Assembly: GCA_002633005.1 (NCBI GenBank)
Contig: NMRA01000079.1
Location: 680,859 to 738,493, forward strand
Source of the DNA: Phoronis australis
Lineage: Eukaryota; Animalia; Phoronida
Length of the DNA stretch: 57,635 bases
Reading direction: 5' to 3'
In this document: positions 50,390 through 57,635 of the stretch, in pieces
Layout: each line of letters starts with the position of its first letter
How positions within the stretch are numbered: the stretch's first letter is position 1
Notes under the pieces: generated by a model
What the model was told of the DNA's origin: nothing
The model's input: only the letters and a program-made list of their open reading frames with translations
The model's database searches: none
Position numbers and translations under genes: made by a program

Positions 50390-50798
50390 GCCTCCCGTTC
50401 AGTAACGCTAGGACCTCGCTATAAAGCAAGACTTCGCGAGATTACGTGAGATATTGCCGGGCATTTCAAATGAGAACACGTGACTTTGACTAGGTTTTAG
50501 CTAGGTCCTAGCGTAGGTCCTAGCGTCTACTGAACGCACGCCTGATTCTTCCCGAGATCGGACGGGTAGCGACATCTATTAGTTGTTGTTGACACACATC
50601 ACAAGCCAAGAAGAAAATGACGTCTGCTGTCAGTTGCAGTTGACCCGCCTCCCGTTCAGTAACCCTAGGGCCTCGCTAAAAAGCAAGACTTTGCGAGATT
50701 ACGTGAGATATTGCCGTGTATTTTAAATGAGATCACGTGACTGTAGTTAGATTTTAGCTAGGTCCTAGCGTAGGTACTAGCATGACTGAATGCACGCC
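50390..50798. mobile_element. Two adjacent ~150-bp MITE copies (about 50390-50543 and 50647-50798)
   Basis: Each has inverted ends CGTTCAGTAACGCTAGGACCT / AGGTCCTAGCGTCTACTGAACG and a shared interior. Confidence 0.7.
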
Positions 50799-51602
50799 CG
50801 ATTAATCTGAGGTAAATTGAAGGCGGGTGATGGAGCATTTCCCAAATTTTAGGTCTAAATCTAATCTCGCAAAAGCATGGTCCATCGCTTAATAGGATTA
50901 GCTTCTTATTGCCAAAACGACCTGTCTATGAATCAGAGGCAGTTTTCTCAAATATATAAGCATGTACTCTAATAAATCAGAAAGGTTACCAGCTAGGGCC
51001 CGGGGTCAAATCGTTATACTAGAAATTGTTTTTGGATTTTCTGCTTTACTTTTGTTCCAATTGAAGTTAAAGACAAGTGTTAAATACTCGAGTACACGGT
51101 AGTTTACGTAAAACTATTTTGCCCTTGTCTGGCTGAAATTCCGAGTCTTTCGAGCTTTTACTAGAGTTCCTAGCGCGCCGGACTCGAATCTGGGGTCATC
51201 AAGTGCGAGATTCGACCAAAAAGTCATACACTGCATATACCCTAATGTACTCGAGCACAGAATACAAGATACGTATCTTAAATACCCACGAAAGTAGAAT
51301 GGAAGATGGCATACATAATTTCGAGTTTGATTTCGATTAAAAAAATCCCGGTTTCCGATAGAACACTGAACTGTAGCACTGGATGGGCCAACTTCGATCT
51401 TGTGCTGTTGAGGTTGCGCCTCCCATACGTGTCATTTATTTGCATTCGTTTGTGCCGATGTTGATTAACTAACTTTTCGCAACTCCTCCGTTTTATCAAC
51501 TGAATCGCGTAAGAGTCACATCATTACAAAATCCATCACCAGTTCTTGATAACGCCTCAGGGAAGCAAACGACAAATAATTTAATACAAAAATAATTATT
51601 TC

Positions 51603-51820
51603 GAGTGTATGAAAGTCCTACCCCTTCCCTCTTCCATCCCACTTTTATAATAATCTCTGCTAATTATTATGAGTTATTTTCCAGATATTTATTTGTTCTA
51701 TATGTATGACGTATTGTTCTTCAATATGTCTTAAAGATATGTAACTGGTGACATCCAAGCCCAGCCGTATCTTCTAATTACTAATGATATGCTTTCTGGG
51801 TAAATGAACGCATTAAAATA
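51603..51820 (+). repeat. 3'-UTR fragment of the same LINE family as 35510-36193
   Basis: Shared GAGTGTATGAAAGTCCT, TTTCCAGATA.TTATTTGT, CCCAGCCGTATCT and ATGATATGCTTT.TGGGTAAAT. Confidence 0.7.
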
Positions 51821-54800
51821 ATAATAGTTGTTTCGCATACCTGACACCCTAAAGATAATTTTTAACTTCACAACCCGAGAGTGTTACCTAAATGCGAGAA
51901 ATGACATCGTGCAATTATAATAACCGGAACACGAAAATGGAAATGAACCACAGAGGTCATGGAAATGGCCGATTAAACCAGCAGGGAAACAATTTCAATG
52001 CTACAAAACATTTCTACCTATCAAGACAAATATTTCAGAATGTTGTTGTGAAGGATTTAGTCAGGCATTCTTCCAAAATTATGCATCTTTATGTATTAAA
52101 TAAAAGCCTTTGGTTTCGTATAATACCGTTCCTCAGTAAAAAATCAGGAAGCGGTGACATTTACAAAAATTGTTCATAAACTTGGAGATAACATTTTTCC
52201 GACAAATAAAAGCGAGCAAACATCTAAAGTGTGGTCTTGAAGTGTACTTATGCAGGTTGCAGTGAAAGGCTTTCCATTGTAGAAAGCAAAATATTAGTGA
52301 TCTTAATACATGTGGTGTGCGTGACCCTAAATAAGAGAAATCGGAGAACATTTTTGCGATTGTTATGTTACCAAAGAAATGGAAATAACAAACTTTTTAT
52401 GACACAGTGACATTGTTGTTTTGGACAGCTGTTGCGTAATCGCCAACATTCGAGAATGAAGAAACGGGACAACAGAGTTGAAAAGCGAAATTTCCTGATA
52501 AAAAGCGGGACATCGCAATGCAAACTTTCGGGGTCGCACGCTCTAATAATAGAATACACTTGTCACGTTTGGGTGTTAGCATCCAGGACTTGAGTTCGAT
52601 GGATAGAAGGAAACAACATATTGAACCATTGCATGTAAACTCAGCAAAAAGCTTAAGGCAGAAACAGGAAACCATTTTGAGTTAAATGAAGGTTGTTAAG
52701 TTGCAAGGATTTCTTCAAAGCCAAATTTTACCGTATGAAATTTTAGGAGATAAAGTTCCCGAAGGCAAAAAATGAGAAATCCATGGGAGACGGGACTGTG
52801 GTGGAACGGGGTGATTTTCAGAAATTGCTCCTGTCGATGTGAATTCTAGTTCATTTTCATAGTGGCAGACTGGGTCAAACTTGCACTCCGAAATTGAAAA
52901 AAATCTACAGTTATTGAGCGCGTGGCTCATGTACGTGTACAATGTACAATGTACACGGGCATCAAGAATCACACCCCACACGGCCTGATCGATATGTGCT
53001 AGTTCATTCCCTAAGCACAACTTCCACCACCAAGGATAAGAAACCCAGTGTCGGTGACTTCAACCAGTCCTTCCTCTGTCACCTGCTATTGCATTATCGG
53101 CGTGTACACTTAAGTGATAAATGCAGAATTCAGTTAAAACTCACATTCTCTGAATCACAGATTGGATATTGATCTTCTTAGTGGGAATTTTTCATGAAAA
53201 GAAAGTAACCTACTTTGACACCCTCGCCGGCCGGGTCGAGATATGGAAAATCGACCGGGTTGGGTACCTTGAAATATGCCGCCATTGATCAGAGACATCA
53301 GTCTGTTTCAGTTAATTTCATCGCCTCAGGCTGCTGATGTTTTCGTTCTCTAAACAACCAGAGTCATCTTAAACACACAAGGGCGATAGTAGTATTTTTG
53401 AAATGTACACGTGATTATGTTTTTGAATTTTGAAAATCAGACAAGAAATGTGACTTCTACAACCTAAAACGTTTGTATGGTGTTGCCATATTATGTTCCT
53501 CATTCACTCTGCGAGGTATGCATCATAAATGGTCCAATTACCGAACCACCAGGCAGCAGTTGGATTTTGAGGTAAGCCATGTGATCATCGTACAGTTCTT
53601 GACATGTTCCCTTCATTTCGCATCTTACCTACATGTAAGTCACTCTCGCCTAATTACGGGACTTTGCAAGTGGTTTTCAAATTTTGTTCTGAACTTGTGA
53701 AGGTTGCCAAGGGTTACACAGCATGACATGGATGTTGTTTTAGAGAACTGGAAGGGAGTCTTTTTAATACCTGTTGCATTGATAGGCCAAAACCGTGTTT
53801 GGTACCCCTTCAACAACGCTTTCCTAATACATGAAAAGTGATCTTAAAAAAAGTACTCTTGAAAATCTTTTGCTGAAACAGATCTGTACTTTGACCGTTA
53901 CATTGGAATCGTAAAGAAACTTTCGTGTTTTCGATGACTGTCAAATCAACTGCTTTTTTCCATACGAGCCACATTTTGCACAGCATGTCTTGATGCTGTT
54001 GAACTTCACTGGAACATGTTCTGTGTCGGTTTTCTCGTCCAGTTTGAAATTCCACTACTTCCATTCGAGAATGCTGTGTTGAGAGCGAGGAACTTAGGTG
54101 AGCAACGGGGTAATTCCATCACTAGGGTGTCGTCTGTATGAGAGGACCCAGTATGATCGGGTATACCCTATGGATACTACTTTAAAAGAATGTCAGTTGG
54201 GGCCGCCGCCCTGAGCCAACGTTAAGACTTGAGAAACACTAAACAGCGGTAATTTCAAAAAACGGGAAATGCTATCATCAGGGTCCATCTCTGTCAGTTA
54301 AAATTTAAGGGATTTCCAATCTCAAAAAATATGCAAATAAAACGATTTTAGATCACTCCACTCTTCCCTATCATACAGGCGATGTCTCTGGAGAAATAAT
54401 TTTTCACTGCCATAACAAGGGTTTTTGTTGACCCAGATCAATGATAACGTCAAAATCAGTCACTCGAGGTGTGGCCTGCCCCTAAATTGTCGGAGGTGAA
54501 ACCGTGACTCACCAGGCACCGCTAGTGAATAGTGACCTCTCGGCCAAGTGTTGGTCGCGCCCAGTGCGCGCTATCACTGGTTTTGTCCTTTGAATGAAAA
54601 ATAAAAATATACAGAATTGACGGTCCACGTACTTTACCTGTAATCCGTGGTGCCAAGAAAGCTCATTGGTGGTATGAATCATGCGTTAGACCCATCGAGT
54701 CCTGTACAAACCCCAACCTTACAATACATGCCTGAAACAAGTTCATTGTTTCCCCAGCGGAAATTCGTTTACGGCTACATGTACAACGTGTGCTCTTCCG

Positions 54801-55498
54801 CTACTCGTTCTCGGACTAGAGATCATACGGCCGCCGCTCAAACATGCCACTCACTACGCAACGGGCGGATGAGGCTTGCAGTTGCCTATTCAACATGTTC
54901 AACTCAACTTCACGTGTAGAACAACACACGGTTAAACAACTTGAACTGAAAACAAAACTTTTCAAATAGCATTTTAGATTTATTATAGACTTGAATTTAA
55001 TAATTATTACAGTTACAATGGCATGCACATGAACAGACAGACACTCGCAGAAGATATACGTAAGTAATTGCAGCACGTCTAAAAATTCAATAACGACAAT
55101 CGCATTTTTGAGTTGCAGCAAAACGACAGTATTCGAGAATTTGTTCTAGTTTGGCACTTGACTTGATAGTCACCTAACGACTTAAAATGGCGCGCACTAG
55201 CGTCGTCCAGAAAGCCCCGACTGAGTTAAAAATATGAAACGGCTGGGAGTGCCCTCTTGTGCTGACTGCACGATTTCTTTACCCACCACAGCTGAGCGTT
55301 TTACTGCAGGCTCAGAAGCTAGCGTATTGCCGTTTTTGTTCATACTCACCAAAAGAATAAACCGTAATATAAAACACGCATTTTTGGCAACACACATAGC
55401 ACTAGTCAACAACAAAATGTTACAGAATTAAGTACACACTGCATCGAACTATTCCAGATGCAGCAAAAAAGTGAAAACACGAGGTCACCATTTTATTA

Positions 55499-55706
55499 AA
55501 GGTCGTACGCCCAGTCGTAGCAATCGTAAGACAGTCTTGTTAACAGTTTACAGACATGCAGTCCATTCAAGTGGTCACGATGGTGGCTGTTCAAGGCGGA
55601 TACGGTATACCTTGGATCTACGTCAGTTGTAATTTCGTTTAAAAAAGCGATGCGTTAGCAGTCACGTGCCTAAGACCGTCTCAGCTACGTACAGGCGTAC
55701 GACCTT
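55499..55706. mobile_element. About 210-bp MITE-like element
   Basis: Inverted ends AAGGTCGTACGCC / GGCGTACGACCTT. TTAA on the left flank only. Confidence 0.5.
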
Positions 55707-57635
55707 CGATAAATCGAGCCCCAAACTTGTGGATACTGCTTAGTCGTGCAGTGGCACTGGAAAATCCTGTGGCCAGATCCCTAAAGCCAATTGTAAGAAC
55801 AAATCCTGCAATACACAAACGAGGAGATCAAACTTCAGATTATATGCCGCCAATTCGACTGGCCAGAATTACACAATTTCGCAAATGCGGAAACGCCTAT
55901 ACATCCCTTTTTGGGGGATCCGGCCACTGGATTTAGCGAAGGTGCACCGGATGACTAGACACACTGTTACCGAGTTCCGGCTAAACAGCCGTTTTCCGAT
56001 TCCGCAAGAGAACTCCACTGACAACACGTCGTTAACAATCGATGCGGTGGCCCTATCCATTATCAAGTGAAAAGATAATCATGTATAGCAAAACAAACAT
56101 ACAAAAATAAACAAAAAGTCAACAAAACAACTTAAATAGATTGTATAAACGAAGCTACAACATAGACAAAATGATTATCCAACTCGCCAAAGCGTGCCTC
56201 CAGTCACCCTTCCCGTGTAATTCTCGTGTAAACTGTCTTACGAAGTCACTTCCACAGCCACTAAAGCAACACACACCGACATCTGTGAACACCACAGCTA
56301 TGATTAATGTTTAAGGTGGAACATTTTGTTTAGGTACTTTCAGTCAGCGTAGGAGTGGCAACGAATGGAATTTATTGCCACCTCACTAACTCGGGTCTAT
56401 AACAATTTCTGTGCGACCTAATTGGCGCTGTGTGGGACTCTAAAATCCATAGCGACTCAAACTGATCAAATACCGCCACACAAATTACACTAACAACCAC
56501 ATAATTATCTCACCAACAGTGAACGTCCACGAATGAGCGTCATGTGTTTGGTCTCAAACGCCTCTTCAACTCGTCGACACCAGCAGATACTGAATACGAG
56601 ACATCCAAGTACTTTTCAAAAGCTCTTTGTTTATCTTTCTTTGAGCTCCGTATCTCCCTACTTCACTATACGTCAAGTCAGCACACGATTGTTCCTGCTG
56701 GTAGCTACCATAAATAATTGTCTAAGCTAATAATATTGCACGCACACATAGACAGACATTGAGCAGGGGCCCGTTCTCCAACACAAGATACTCGCGAGGA
56801 AGCCAGTTTGATCACATGCTTCGCTTGCTATGCATAGCGACATCTCGCTCAGATTTGCGTGATCTAGCATTACGGAACGCAGCCCAAATACTACACACTA
56901 AATGTACAGCAGACTGGTGTCGGGAGCAGTAGCGCAACTAGGGGATTATCTGCGCATCTCAATTTCACGAAGCTTAAACGCCTCAATACAAAACAGCATG
57001 AACGGGAATCCTTATTCCGAGCACATCTTGCACACAGACTGTGGGACACAATCCAAACAGACACACAGACTCTGGCGTCCTTGGAGCCAAACGACAGTAT
57101 ATGCCGAGATGTTATAGGACTCTGACTGAAGCTTCGCAGCTTAACTTCCAGATAAAAATATGCCTAGAGACAAAACATACACAGCGGGCGTAAATCTAAA
57201 ATTATTGCAAGCAAACGCTTAAAAAGCTAGTGGGCTTTGAAGGATGTCACGTCCACCACCTACGTGATTAGGCAGACACATATCTCAAAATGCCGTGATC
57301 ACCAAAACTAAACCTTCATCACATTAGGATATTACGCACGCAACTGCACTCATAAATCAATGCCATCATCCGACTCACGAAGCGAATGCTGCCAATATTC
57401 TTCCCTGAAGAACATAAATATTAGCCTGGCACTTTACAACAACGAAATTCTCATGACTTTTGAAAGCACAAAGAGAATTTAGCTTAGAACTCTAAGCGGT
57501 AAGCAGAACAGCTGGTTTCGTGATCTTGAAGCTGAATCGTGCATCGGCTGGCGGATGGCGCTACGTCAATCTTAAGCTCGGACAGTCGGTCGCGGTGAAG
57601 ACCCATCCAATGGCGCAAAGTGTCCGTGTCGTACG

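Noticed and set aside
53550-54320. Possible decayed coding region (minus-strand CCAKCGS fragment)
   Set aside because: Multiple stops, no second copy and no recognisable family; not supportable.

Overview
Eukaryotic, AT-rich, intron-containing DNA, most like a marine invertebrate (inferred from the repeat content and frequent TACATGTA; taxon not determined). From left to right: (1) the start of a minus-strand ORF running off the left edge, inside an element that ends at a TTAA site (Kolobok-like) and interrupts a TIR element. (2) Three tandem, intact, 5-coding-exon classical SDR genes (1595-18418, +). (3) A solo LTR with a 5-bp TSD and clustered heat-shock elements, holding two nested Helentron-type (HINE) elements, with a third HINE copy downstream. 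(4) An intronless 494-aa minus-strand ORF (29363-30847) with a duplicated helical N-terminal module, a probable ADP-ribosyltransferase-like fold and two CCCH+CCHC zinc-finger pairs. Its ATG lies 41 bp from the end of a 22-bp-TIR element, and a second copy of that element sits upstream of SDR1. (5) A gene-poor right half with a truncated L1/Tx1-like LINE, MITEs, decayed coding relics and a 2.6-kb near-tandem duplication that starts at an N (possibly an assembly/haplotype artefact). Family assignments come from motif recognition only; no searches were run.
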